Of a stretch of DNA of 64,000 nucleotides, positions 17,736 to 27,707 are shown piece after piece (positions within the stretch are counted from its first letter, which is position 1; every line of letters begins with the position of its first letter). A program made the translations under genes and the position numbers. A model generated the notes under the pieces. The model saw only the letters and a program-made list of their open reading frames with translations. It made no database searches and was not told the origin of the DNA. The stretch comes from Desulfurococcales archaeon (GTDB lineage: Archaea; Thermoproteota; Thermoprotei_A; Sulfolobales; Desulfurococcaceae): positions 160,001 through 224,000 of the forward strand of contig JALVYU010000031.1 in the NCBI GenBank assembly GCA_027022365.1, given 5' to 3'.

Positions 17736-19988
17736 ATGGGGAGAGTACTCATGAGATCTAAATACACACGTGCCCTGTCAAAGGGGGCTGCCGCGGCTAT
17801 AGCTATAATTATAATTATAGGTATTATAGCTGGAGCATATTACTATATGCAGAGCCAGAAGCCCTCTGCAACCACTACCACTTCCCCGCCCAGTACTACC
17901 ACTCAGTCGCCCACCCAGACGGCTAGCCCGACCACTACCTCCACTGGTACCCAGACCACTACCTCGCCGCCCAGTCAGAAGCCGCCTATTCACAACACAG
18001 TCATATATCTTATACAGAACGATGCTACAACGAGAGTACTAACGATCAAGAAGGGAGTGGCGGATCTTGGTGTGGTGCCAGCCGACCAGCTGGACGCATT
18101 AGCTGGCACCACTTATGACGGGACGAACTTCAAGATCATAAAGCAGGAGATGGGGCTAAGCCTCACCATAGTCTATATTGTGCTCAACACTTACAAGCCG
18201 CCATTCAACAACCTGCTGGTAAGACAAGCACTAGCCTACGCTACCCCGTACAAGATGATCTGGGAGACCGTATACGCCGGCACCGTGACCAACCTAGTAG
18301 GAGTAATACCTAAGGGCATGCTGGGATGGACCGATTATAAGGTCATACAGTACAAGTTCGATCTAGCTAAGGCCAAGGAGCTGATACAGAAGAGCGGCAT
18401 CAACCCATCAAACTACGTCATAACCATCTATTACAACCAGGGCAACACCCAGAGAGCAAAGATCGCTAGCCTGCTATCGCAGTACTGGGGACAGTTAGGA
18501 TTCAAGGTCATGGTACAATCACTATCATGGCCACAGCTACTCGAGAAGACCTCTAAGCCCGAGTTCGATGTCTACATTATCGGATGGGCGCCCGACTACC
18601 TAGACCCCGACGACTATGCTGGACCACTAGTAGGCGGTGGAACAAAGTTCGACTCAGTAGAAGTATATCAGGTCAACTCGGCGGCTGATGTATCCAAGTA
18701 CCTGAGCAAGGCGACTGTTATCGACACAAAGGACGCCTACGTAGTAGTAGGCCCTGCGGGCACTGGCGCAAGCGTAAGCATCAGTGGCAAACCAATCGTT
18801 GTCGTCCAGTACAAGTTGTCAGCGAAGCAGATACCTATACCGAACTGCACTGCCTTCAGTAGTATTGACCCATCATTCTATAGGAACGTAACACTAGATG
18901 CTCTAATCCAGGCAGGCAGGTACGCCGTCGAGTACAAGGTCAGAGAAGCGATCTATCAGGCGGTCGAGAGGATATCGAACGAGCAACTACCATGCATATG
19001 GCTTGGCCAGTACATGGTTGTACGTGACTACTGGGACTGGATTCAGGGCAGATACTACAACCCGATCCTAGCCGAGAGATGGGATCTGATATGGGAGAAG
19101 CCCATACCTAACCCGCCTAGCATCGGTATAGGGAACTACGTCAATGACGCCCACACCCTGGTGATAGCCACCATTGGATGGCCGCAGAGCTTCGACCCAG
19201 CCAAGAGCTACGAGACCTTCGGATGGGAGATCTTCCACGAGATAGGCGACACCCTAGTAACCTACTGGAAGGCCGATACCACACACATAGTCCCGGACGC
19301 TGCAGTTGCATGGGCATACAGCAAGAACGGTACTGAGTGGTTCTTCGTAATAAGAGACGGGCTAAAGGCGTATGACCCCAACAGCGGCAAGGTATACCCG
19401 GTCAACGCGACTGACGTATTGTTCACTATATGGAGGATCGCGAGACTGGGTCTAGACCCATCATGGATGATAACCACATTCATAGACGTCAATGCTAGCA
19501 GAGTATACACCGAGAACGAATTTGATCAAATACTCGCTAAGGGAGGTATCTACGCTACCTATAATGGCAAGACCGAGGAGGTAAAGAGCCTATCACAGCT
19601 ACTACAGCTCTTCGGATATAGTGGCAAGACCGCAGGAGTAGTGATGCTCAAGCTATACAAGCCATACTCAGCCATACTCAACATCCTGGCCGACCCGTTC
19701 ACAATGATAATACCCGCCAAGTACCTCTTCGATAATGTACCGGAATTAAAGGGCAAGTACGAGGAGGCAATGAAGGCAGCACAGTGGGGTAAGAACCCAG
19801 AGGCCTGGATCAAGTACATAGGTACAGGCGACAAGGAGCCAACCCACCAGTTCCTACACACACACCCGATTGGAACCGGGCCATACTACGTGGCCAGCTT
19901 CAAGCAGGACTCATACATCATACTAAAGCTCAACCCGTACTACTGGAACGCAACACTCTGGTACCAGCTGTACGGCTATAAGCCCTAA
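17736..19988 (+). CDS. family 5 (peptide) ABC substrate-binding protein, circularly permuted
   Basis: N-terminal TM and Ser/Thr linker; PFNNLLVRQALAYA and GW.PDYLDP come before SFDPA, NATDV.FT and IGTGPY..NPYYW. Start may be the ATG at 17751. Confidence 0.88.
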   Translation: MGRVLMRSKYTRALSKGAAAAIAIIIIIGIIAGAYYYMQSQKPSATTTTSPPSTTTQSPTQTASPTTTSTGTQTTTSPPSQKPPIHNTVIYLIQNDATTRVLTIKKGVADLGVVPADQLDALAGTTYDGTNFKIIKQEMGLSLTIVYIVLNTYKPPFNNLLVRQALAYATPYKMIWETVYAGTVTNLVGVIPKGMLGWTDYKVIQYKFDLAKAKELIQKSGINPSNYVITIYYNQGNTQRAKIASLLSQYWGQLGFKVMVQSLSWPQLLEKTSKPEFDVYIIGWAPDYLDPDDYAGPLVGGGTKFDSVEVYQVNSAADVSKYLSKATVIDTKDAYVVVGPAGTGASVSISGKPIVVVQYKLSAKQIPIPNCTAFSSIDPSFYRNVTLDALIQAGRYAVEYKVREAIYQAVERISNEQLPCIWLGQYMVVRDYWDWIQGRYYNPILAERWDLIWEKPIPNPPSIGIGNYVNDAHTLVIATIGWPQSFDPAKSYETFGWEIFHEIGDTLVTYWKADTTHIVPDAAVAWAYSKNGTEWFFVIRDGLKAYDPNSGKVYPVNATDVLFTIWRIARLGLDPSWMITTFIDVNASRVYTENEFDQILAKGGIYATYNGKTEEVKSLSQLLQLFGYSGKTAGVVMLKLYKPYSAILNILADPFTMIIPAKYLFDNVPELKGKYEEAMKAAQWGKNPEAWIKYIGTGDKEPTHQFLHTHPIGTGPYYVASFKQDSYIILKLNPYYWNATLWYQLYGYKP

Positions 19989-20038
19989 AGAAAAGAAATG
20001 GTTTGATTAAAAACAATATTTTTTAGTATCCACAATCC

Positions 20039-22219
20039 CTACCCAAGCCTAATATTCCCTATTTCTTCATAGTTCTCAAGGCTAAGAACAAGTATTTCAC
20101 TCGGCGACACAAGGTACAGCTTGTCACCAATATAGAGCGAGCGTCCACCATTGTTTAGCTCAACTATCTTAACTAGTCCTAGCTCGTCGTTAGCATAACT
20201 CATTATCAAGAAGCCGAAGCATCTGTATCCCCATACGCCAGTGTTTGTTGTCGATCCCGAAGACCAAGCCCAGCCGTGGCTCAACGGAATTATGAATACT
20301 TTCTTCTCGGGAACCAAGGTAAAGGCGTGGTAGTCATAGAGTACAGGCGATGTTACTAGTTTTCCGATACTGGCCCTTGAAAGCTGGGATACATGTTTTG
20401 GATCGCTGATATTGTATAGTGATATAGTTAGATTACCGCTGTCAACACCGATTCCAAGCAATATGTCGTGTCCAAGGGGATGCAGGTAGACGTTATATCC
20501 CGGTATCTTGAGATAACCTATTATCTCCGGGTGATATGGGTCTGAAACGTTAATAGCGAATAATGGGTCTACTCTACGATAGGTTACGAGAATATAGATG
20601 TCGTTGATCAGTCTCCCCGTCTTAATTGTTTCTCCAACAGCTATATCGTCAAGTCTTGAAACCATTTTTAGATTTTCTAAGTCTACAATTGTTAGGGCAT
20701 TAGATCCCTTCTTGGTCTTTGTCCATATCCACACGTCTCTAATTATGCTAGGATAATTGGTGGAGTTGATCTCATGTGTGTAAGTCTGTTTTTCACCGTT
20801 AGGTAGAGTTATCGTAATTCCAATGTCCTTCTCTACATTTCCGATCTTATATGTGTAAATGTTTATAACTGGTGTATATTCCACGTAGTTGGTTGCAACT
20901 ATAAAGTATTTGCCCCTGTACTCTTCCATGCAGAACTGGTTCTGCAGATATCCCTTTACCTCGAAGCTCCCTCTATACTTGATTGACAAACCGTTTATAG
21001 CGAAAACATAGAATCTTGATTTTGCGGTGAAAGATTCTTGTTTAACTAGTTTATTAATTGTCAGGGCAAGATTACCGGCCTCACTCTGAGGTAATGATTT
21101 AACGTACTGCCTGAAGAGATTATAGGCAGTCATTACCGTGTAATACGTATTGTTTTTGAGTAGCTCTGATATTTTTTCGGCCAGGCTTGCTGGTAACATA
21201 TGTAGGGTTGCTTCGAGAACATGTTTGATAGATATTAAATAGATGTTTGAAGCCGGCGAGAATACAACGAGATGTTTATAGGACATATATATCTTTGAAG
21301 CTGCCCCCGTCATTATCGATAATACATTGTATTTTAGGCTTGTCAGGTTCGCAGCGAAGATATTGGTATAGTATTCTGGAGGATTATAAACTAGCAGTAT
21401 CCTGTCTATCGGGAATGGAATTCCATTAATAATTGGTATCTCCACAGGTTCAACGGGTTGACTAGTAACTACGTATAGGATTCTCCGGTAGAGACGAGCA
21501 CTGATCAGGCGGCCCGTGATATTATATGTCTGTAGGAGATATGGGTGCTCGGGCTCTGTTATGTTTATTAATTTAATAATAGTTTGCTCACTATTGAATC
21601 TTCCAACGGATATTAGTCTTGTTAGGGGCCTAATAACGCCGCGATTACTCATTATTACCGCTAGGATATCCTGATCTAGGAAGATACCTCTAATGGTATG
21701 GTTAAACCTGATTACTGATAACACCTTCTCATGTTTCGCATCGACGACATACGCTTTATCATTATTGACAACGACTATTATCTTTCCATTAGTCTTGACA
21801 ATATCTGGTTCATCAATACCTTTCACTTGCACATTTGTCGAGGAATATCCTTGCGCGGTCTCGCTATATCCCATCTTAATAGTGCCTTCGATCTGATATA
21901 ACAGAGGTAGTGTAGTGATTAGTGGTCTTATAGTAGTTGATGTGCCAGCACTGGATGTTCTCTCCACGTTTTCAATAGTTTTTAAGTATGATATTAGATC
22001 GGTATAGGATTTGAATTTCTGTAGCTGTGTAGCATTTATTGGCTGGGGGATCATACTAGCTGGACTAGTACTTTGGGGTGGAGATGGGGTTATGACTGGT
22101 GTTGTTACCCTAGTTCCGATTTGGCTTGGCGCCAGATAGAGCCCCATAATGGGTATGAGGATTCCTGCCATGAGTGCTATGGCGGCAGATAATATCAGAC
22201 GCTTATCCATAAGTCCCAC
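20039..22219 (-). CDS. secreted/anchored beta-propeller domain protein (COG4880-like)
   Basis: YSSTNVQVKGIDEPDIVKTNG, TYRRVDPLF.I..S.P..P...G.LKIPG, YLHP, YDYHAF, R.LYIGD.LY; N-terminal TM. Confidence 0.88.
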   Translation of the reverse strand: MGLMDKRLILSAAIALMAGILIPIMGLYLAPSQIGTRVTTPVITPSPPQSTSPASMIPQPINATQLQKFKSYTDLISYLKTIENVERTSSAGTSTTIRPLITTLPLLYQIEGTIKMGYSETAQGYSSTNVQVKGIDEPDIVKTNGKIIVVVNNDKAYVVDAKHEKVLSVIRFNHTIRGIFLDQDILAVIMSNRGVIRPLTRLISVGRFNSEQTIIKLINITEPEHPYLLQTYNITGRLISARLYRRILYVVTSQPVEPVEIPIINGIPFPIDRILLVYNPPEYYTNIFAANLTSLKYNVLSIMTGAASKIYMSYKHLVVFSPASNIYLISIKHVLEATLHMLPASLAEKISELLKNNTYYTVMTAYNLFRQYVKSLPQSEAGNLALTINKLVKQESFTAKSRFYVFAINGLSIKYRGSFEVKGYLQNQFCMEEYRGKYFIVATNYVEYTPVINIYTYKIGNVEKDIGITITLPNGEKQTYTHEINSTNYPSIIRDVWIWTKTKKGSNALTIVDLENLKMVSRLDDIAVGETIKTGRLINDIYILVTYRRVDPLFAINVSDPYHPEIIGYLKIPGYNVYLHPLGHDILLGIGVDSGNLTISLYNISDPKHVSQLSRASIGKLVTSPVLYDYHAFTLVPEKKVFIIPLSHGWAWSSGSTTNTGVWGYRCFGFLIMSYANDELGLVKIVELNNGGRSLYIGDKLYLVSPSEILVLSLENYEEIGNIRLG

Positions 22220-22271
22220 CTGAGGATGATTCTTGGTTTCATTAGATATATTATGAAGCCTTGGACAGACG

Positions 22272-22288
22272 TGTTCGAATACTGGACA
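22272..22288. promoter_or_regulatory. palindromic operator TGTTCG-N5-TGGACA upstream of the beta-propeller gene
   Basis: tgttcg-aatac-tggaca, 53 bp upstream of the 22219 start; identical half-sites at 22763-22779. Confidence 0.7.
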
Positions 22289-22289
22289 C

Positions 22290-22709
22290 TTATTTGGGGC
22301 TGAATAGCTCTTTCTTGATCCTTAGCCCCTCGAGAAAGAAGATAGCTGAGGACGCCCAAGAGATCATAATAGCTGTCAGCCTATCAATGTTGAAACCCTC
22401 TATGATTGAAACAAGTGTTTCGCCTATAAATATTCCGAGGAAGAAGAACCCGTAGATCATTATTCGTGGCAGTATCTTCCTGCCTATGACGAGATATCCT
22501 TCGATGCCAATAATTCTTGCTGGTGTATAGCCCTCGGGAGTCCTCTTAACTAGTCCTGATTCAATCATTTTCTTGAGATGATAGTGTACACTGCTTGGTG
22601 CGAGACCGGTTGCTGTTGCTATCTCTCTGACGCTTGCAGGCTTGTTTCTCTCGATCAGATATACATAAATTTTCAATTGATTCTTATCTAGTCTGTTTTC
22701 GTCCGTCAA
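22290..22709 (-). CDS. membrane-anchored winged-HTH transcriptional regulator
   Basis: KIYVYL....SVREIA..TGLAPSSVHYHLKKM...GLV..TPEGY followed by two hydrophobic helices. Confidence 0.85.
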   Translation of the reverse strand: MTDENRLDKNQLKIYVYLIERNKPASVREIATATGLAPSSVHYHLKKMIESGLVKRTPEGYTPARIIGIEGYLVIGRKILPRIMIYGFFFLGIFIGETLVSIIEGFNIDRLTAIMISWASSAIFFLEGLRIKKELFSPK

Positions 22710-22762
22710 CTCTAACTATACCAATGGTAATAGGTGCACTAGGCTCTTGATATTTTTTCTTA

Positions 22763-22779
22763 TGTTCGGTTTCTGGACA
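22763..22779. promoter_or_regulatory. palindromic operator TGTTCG-N5-TGGACA upstream of the HTH regulator
   Basis: tgttcg-gtttc-tggaca, 54 bp upstream of the 22709 start. Confidence 0.7.
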
Positions 22780-22958
22780 GGCTTTTTATAACATTGTTAT
22801 TAGCGAACATGTTAATTGAAACTCTACAGCACAAGAGCCCGGTGATGTACCGAGAATTAGTTTTATTTAGGGATAATACTCGTTATAAATCGAAATTGTA
22901 TTACCCGTGGAACAAGTATGGGATACCCGTACGTGGGAGTACTTGATGGGTGAATTGA

Positions 22959-23957
22959 ATGGCGGATATCAAGCGGTTCCTGGCCCGTAGAGCACTGACC
23001 TTCATACCGACATTAATAGGAGTAACTTTCCTTGCATACATAATCGCTTTCGCAATTCCCGCCAACCCGGCGCAGGCGTGGGCTGGCGGTATTAAGGCTA
23101 ATCCAGAAGTTGTCGCACGTATTATCAAAGAGTACCATCTAAACGATCCTTGGTACGTTCAGTACTACTATTTCATGAAGGGAATACTCACGAACTCAAT
23201 TATAGATCCCCGCTGGGGATACCCTGTAATGACGTATATGTTGTCGAGATTTCCGATTACGTTCCAATTAACATTATTTGCGTTGTTCTTCCTCATAGTG
23301 CTCGGCATTCCCCTGGGGATAGTATCGGCGTTGAAGAAGGATTCGTGGATCGACGCCCTTGTTAGGACTTGGGCACTCGTAGGAGTATCTGTACCGATAT
23401 TCTGGCTGGGATACATATTCATATATGTATTCTTCTACCAGCTAGGATGGATCAATATAGCGGGCATACCATACCCCAAAGTCCACATTACCGGCGTGCC
23501 GATAATTGACGCTATGCTGAGTGGTGAGTGGAACATAGTTTGGGAGAACATAAAGAGATTTATACTGCCGGGCTTCACCCTCGGGTTCGCCGGCATCGGG
23601 GTGATCGCTAGGCTTGTCAGGAACAGCTTCTTAGAGGCGATAAACAGCGACTACATATATTTCGCCAGGATGCGTGGACTGAAGTATAGGAGGATAATGA
23701 CACACGCACTCAGAAACGCCCTGGTACCAGTTGTAACCGTGCTCGGGCTACAGTTTGGAGGACTCCTGGGTGGGGCACCGATCACAGAAACAGTCTTCAG
23801 TATACCTGGTATGGGCCGCGCAATGGTTGACGCTATCTTCTCGATGGACTTCCCACTGCTCATAGCGGGTACTTTCCTTGTGGCCATAATCTATGTTATA
23901 ACTAACCTGATCGTGGACATCTTATACGCAGTGATTGATCCGAGGGTGAGATTCTGA
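22959..23957 (+). CDS. dppB: peptide ABC transporter permease
   Basis: PTLIGV, P.FWLG, LPGFTLG, YI.FARMRGL, HALRNAL.PVVT, ITETVFS.PGMG. Confidence 0.93.
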   Translation: MADIKRFLARRALTFIPTLIGVTFLAYIIAFAIPANPAQAWAGGIKANPEVVARIIKEYHLNDPWYVQYYYFMKGILTNSIIDPRWGYPVMTYMLSRFPITFQLTLFALFFLIVLGIPLGIVSALKKDSWIDALVRTWALVGVSVPIFWLGYIFIYVFFYQLGWINIAGIPYPKVHITGVPIIDAMLSGEWNIVWENIKRFILPGFTLGFAGIGVIARLVRNSFLEAINSDYIYFARMRGLKYRRIMTHALRNALVPVVTVLGLQFGGLLGGAPITETVFSIPGMGRAMVDAIFSMDFPLLIAGTFLVAIIYVITNLIVDILYAVIDPRVRF

Positions 23958-25090
23958 TGTCCGCGGAAGAGGTATATGAGAAAAAGATCCTTGACAGGTT
24001 CAGTGATGCCCTCATAGCGTTCATAGTGAAGATAATAACGCTGTTTAAGAAGGACTGGGCAAAGAAGAACAAGAGCAGAATCGATGAATGGAGGCTCATG
24101 CTATACGCTCTCAACAGGAGCCCTATAGGGATAGCGGGCCTCGTACTCGGCCTAGGCTTTGTAATCATAGGCATCATAGGGCCCTGGATAGCCCCGCATA
24201 GCTATGACTTCTCATACATCATGGCGACTGGTAAGTTCAAAGAATACTATCTCGCACCGCCCGGCACAGGTGGAGCACTCCTCGGAACCGACGACCTCGG
24301 GAGAGATCTTCTCAGCCTACTACTATACGGTGCAAGAGTATCGTTGATGGCCACAGTGCTCGTGCTCCCGATAGGCATAACCATAGGTATAATAATAGGG
24401 CTCGTAGCAGGATACTATGGCGGTGCAGTGGACGAGATACTGATGAGGCTCACCGACGTATTCCTAGCATTCCCAGGACTAATTCTTGCCCTGGCTTTCA
24501 GCAGCGCATTAACCCAGAGAATAGCGCTCGCAATAGCTCATAGTCAGTTCTTGACCAGCCTCATATCATCATTATTCGGCGTAAAACCGGTAGACGCTCT
24601 CAACGTGGCACCTGTCCTCTCGATCATAGTGGCGTTATGGATTGTCTGGTGGCCCGGCTACGCTAGAATGACGAGAGGACTAACCCTGCAGGAGAAGAAC
24701 AATGTATATGTGGAGGCATCCAAGGCCCTAGGCCTCAGCTCGCCGGCGATCATGTTCCGCCACATACTACCCAATATCCTAGGCCCAATCATAGTTATGA
24801 TGACTCTTGACATAGGAGGAGTGATCCTCACAGAGGCGGGTCTAAGCTTCTTGATGGGAGCAATGGTGAAGATACCGGACTGGGGAGCAATAGTACAGGC
24901 CGGATCACAATATCTTGTCCAAGGCAAGTGGTGGCTGGTGATTTTCCCAGGACTAGCGATACTGATCTCGGTGCTGGGATGGAACCTTTTCGGCGATAGC
25001 CTAAGAGACATCCTGGACCCGAGAACCCGTAGAAGCATCGAGTTCAAGATCAAGAAGAAAAAGAAGATGGAGGAGGGTGAAGAGCAATGA
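23957..25090 (+). CDS. dppC: peptide ABC transporter permease
   Basis: LGTDDLGRD, YGARVSL, R.TDVFLAFP, YVEASKALG, HILPN, GDSLRD.LDPR. Confidence 0.93.
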   Translation: MSAEEVYEKKILDRFSDALIAFIVKIITLFKKDWAKKNKSRIDEWRLMLYALNRSPIGIAGLVLGLGFVIIGIIGPWIAPHSYDFSYIMATGKFKEYYLAPPGTGGALLGTDDLGRDLLSLLLYGARVSLMATVLVLPIGITIGIIIGLVAGYYGGAVDEILMRLTDVFLAFPGLILALAFSSALTQRIALAIAHSQFLTSLISSLFGVKPVDALNVAPVLSIIVALWIVWWPGYARMTRGLTLQEKNNVYVEASKALGLSSPAIMFRHILPNILGPIIVMMTLDIGGVILTEAGLSFLMGAMVKIPDWGAIVQAGSQYLVQGKWWLVIFPGLAILISVLGWNLFGDSLRDILDPRTRRSIEFKIKKKKKMEEGEEQ

Positions 25091-26085
25091 GTAGCCCTCA
25101 GTTCCGTGAACCCCTCATAGAGGTCAAGGATCTATATGTTTACTTCTACACATATGCCGGCGTAGTAAAAGCCATCGAAGATATGACGTTCACGATCTAT
25201 AAGGGCGAGAAATTCTGCATGGTGGGTGAAACCGGCTGCGGGAAATCAGTGACCAGCAGGGCACTAGCAAACATAGTTCCCAGCCCCGGCAGAATAGTCA
25301 AGGGTAAAGTGATCTATTATAGGGACGGCAAGCCCATCAACATACTAGAACTCAGCGAGGAGCAACTCAGAGAGATACGTGGGAAGGAGATAGCCTATAT
25401 AGTCCAAGACCCCTCCAGCGCCTTGGATCCCCTCTACACGATAGGTTATCAGATCGTCGAGACAATGATAGACCACTACACGGTCAAGGACTGGAAGGAG
25501 GGCTACAAGAGAGCAGTAGAACTACTCAGAGAAGTACTAATGCCCGACCCGGAGCAGAGGATCAAGAACTACCCCCACGAGCTCAGCGGAGGACAGAGGC
25601 AGCGCGCGGTGATAAGTATAGGGCTGAGCAACATGCCGCGCCTACTCATAGCAGACGAGCCAACCAGTAGCCTAGACGTGACCGTACAGGCACAGTTACT
25701 GGAACTTCTCAGGAGGCTTGTTAGAGAACACGGCCTAACCCTCTTCCTGATCACGCACGACATGGGTGTCGTAGCAGAGATGTGCGACCGCGTAGCAGTA
25801 CTATATGCAGGAAACATCGTAGAACTAGCTCCAGTCGACGAGATATTCAAGAATCCAAAACACCCATACACGATGGGATTGCTACGCGCGGTCCCTAACC
25901 CGCAGGCAGATATAGAGAAGCTAGAACCAATACCGGGAACCATACCAAACCTGATATATCCACCGCCGGGATGCAGGTTCCATCCACGCTGCCCATTTGC
26001 TAGGGATGTGTGTAAGCGGGAGAAGCCTCCACTAGTAGAGGTTGGCCCAGGACACTATGTGAGGTGCTGGCTCCACGCGGAGTAA
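25087..26085 (+). CDS. dppD: peptide ABC transporter ATPase
   Basis: GETGCGKS, YPHELSGGQRQR, IADEPT, THD, C-terminal GCRFHPRC Cys motif. Confidence 0.93.
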   Translation: MSSPQFREPLIEVKDLYVYFYTYAGVVKAIEDMTFTIYKGEKFCMVGETGCGKSVTSRALANIVPSPGRIVKGKVIYYRDGKPINILELSEEQLREIRGKEIAYIVQDPSSALDPLYTIGYQIVETMIDHYTVKDWKEGYKRAVELLREVLMPDPEQRIKNYPHELSGGQRQRAVISIGLSNMPRLLIADEPTSSLDVTVQAQLLELLRRLVREHGLTLFLITHDMGVVAEMCDRVAVLYAGNIVELAPVDEIFKNPKHPYTMGLLRAVPNPQADIEKLEPIPGTIPNLIYPPPGCRFHPRCPFARDVCKREKPPLVEVGPGHYVRCWLHAE

Positions 26086-26098
26086 GGAGGTGTGAACC

Positions 26099-27058
26099 AT
26101 GGTTGAACCCCTAGTCCATGTCGAGGGGCTCAAGAAATACTTCCCTGCAGGGGGATTCCTCAAGAAAGTATGGGTTAAAGCAGTTGATGGTATATCGTTC
26201 GATATACTTGAGGGTGAAACTCTAGGCCTAGTCGGAGAATCTGGCTGTGGAAAAACAACTACTGGGCGTCTAATACTTAGGCTTATCAAGCCCACTGCGG
26301 GCAAAGTATTGTTCGCCGGCAAAGATGTGACAAGGCTGAGGGGTAAAGAACTGAAGGCCTTCCGTAGAGAGGCAAACATTGTGTTCCAAGACCCGTACAC
26401 GAGCCTCGATCCAAGGCAGACGGTCTTTAACATAATAATGGAGCCTCTAAAGACGCACGGGATACAGGTAGATGATCCGGAGGGATTCGTGACTAAGCTA
26501 CTCTACGAGGTAGGGCTCAACGAGACCCACCTGTACAGATACCCCCACGAGTTCAGCGGGGGACAGAGACAACGCATTGCAATAGCTAGGATCCTGGCCC
26601 TCAGGCCGAAATTCATAGTCCTGGACGAGCCGACCTCAGCGCTCGACGTATCTGTTCAAGCACAAATACTCAACATGCTGAAAGAGCTCCAGAAAAAATA
26701 TGGTTTAACATACCTGTTCATAAGCCACAACCTAGGCGTTGTCAGATACATGAGCAACCGCATAGCCGTCATGTACTTAGGCAAGATAGTAGAGATAGCG
26801 CCCGCAAAGACACTGTTCGAGAACCCACTGCACCCTTACACAAAGGCACTACTAGCATCAATACCCGTACCAGACCCCGAGGCAGCTAGAGCAAAGCCAA
26901 AAATACAGATAACGGGCGAGCCACCGAGCCCGATAAACCCGCCGCCAGGATGCAGGTTCGCGCCGAGATGCCCATATGCAAAGGATCTATGCCGCCAGAA
27001 AGAGCCCAAGCTTAAGGAAGTAGAGCATAACCACTTCGTAGCGTGCTGGCTATATTAA
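26099..27058 (+). CDS. dppF: peptide ABC transporter ATPase
   Basis: KAVDGISF, GESGCGKTT, YPHEFSGGQRQR, LDEPTSALD, GCRFAPRC. Confidence 0.93.
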   Translation: MVEPLVHVEGLKKYFPAGGFLKKVWVKAVDGISFDILEGETLGLVGESGCGKTTTGRLILRLIKPTAGKVLFAGKDVTRLRGKELKAFRREANIVFQDPYTSLDPRQTVFNIIMEPLKTHGIQVDDPEGFVTKLLYEVGLNETHLYRYPHEFSGGQRQRIAIARILALRPKFIVLDEPTSALDVSVQAQILNMLKELQKKYGLTYLFISHNLGVVRYMSNRIAVMYLGKIVEIAPAKTLFENPLHPYTKALLASIPVPDPEAARAKPKIQITGEPPSPINPPPGCRFAPRCPYAKDLCRQKEPKLKEVEHNHFVACWLY

Positions 27059-27117
27059 AACAGTGCCTCGAAAACCATTTTTATCTCTGGCACCATAACA
27101 TGATGGGCCGGGGCTTC

Positions 27118-27639
27118 TCAATCGAGACAATACTTGTTCATGCACATGATCTTTTCCAGTGGTATCCTGGGCCTAGGCTTAGGTTCTTCGTCAGGATACC
27201 CGATCGCAAGTATTGACGCTGGGACGATATGCTCCGGCATACCGAGGATTTTTCTTATATCACCGATATTCCTCATGGTCTGTATCCAGACCGTTCCAAG
27301 GCCTAGGGCATGTGCCGCCAGCTGGATATAGATCGTTGCGTTAGCACAATCTAGTAGGTAAGAGTCGGGACTAGCCCTCTCATCACACGCGACAACTATT
27401 GCTTGTGGCGCATTCTTAAGGGGCTTTCCACCACCATGTATCCGTGATAGCTTGTCGAGGATATCTCTATCATCTATCACTATGAATCTCCATGGCTGAC
27501 TATTATGTGCGCTGGGAGCATAACGTGCTACATCAAGTATCTTCTCTATGATCTCCATAGGCACCTTTTCTTTCTTAAAACGTCTAATACTCCTCCTAGT
27601 CTTGAGGAATTCTATCAAGTCATCAGGGCTACACTTCAT
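27118..27639 (-). CDS. nitroreductase family protein
   Basis: RRSIRRF, APSAHNSQPWRF, LAAHALGLGTVW, IGYP; start placed at MKCSP (ORF extends to 27678). Confidence 0.92.
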   Translation of the reverse strand: MKCSPDDLIEFLKTRRSIRRFKKEKVPMEIIEKILDVARYAPSAHNSQPWRFIVIDDRDILDKLSRIHGGGKPLKNAPQAIVVACDERASPDSYLLDCANATIYIQLAAHALGLGTVWIQTMRNIGDIRKILGMPEHIVPASILAIGYPDEEPKPRPRIPLEKIMCMNKYCLD

Positions 27640-27707
27640 TTCAATCAACCCACTATTATAATAGTCGATTAGAACCACTAATATTTTGGAACAATCGGCG
27701 ACAGGGC

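Noticed and set aside
27059-27120. GC-rich intergenic stretch as an sRNA
   Set aside because: No convincing C/D boxes or stable fold; it is likely just a convergent terminator region.
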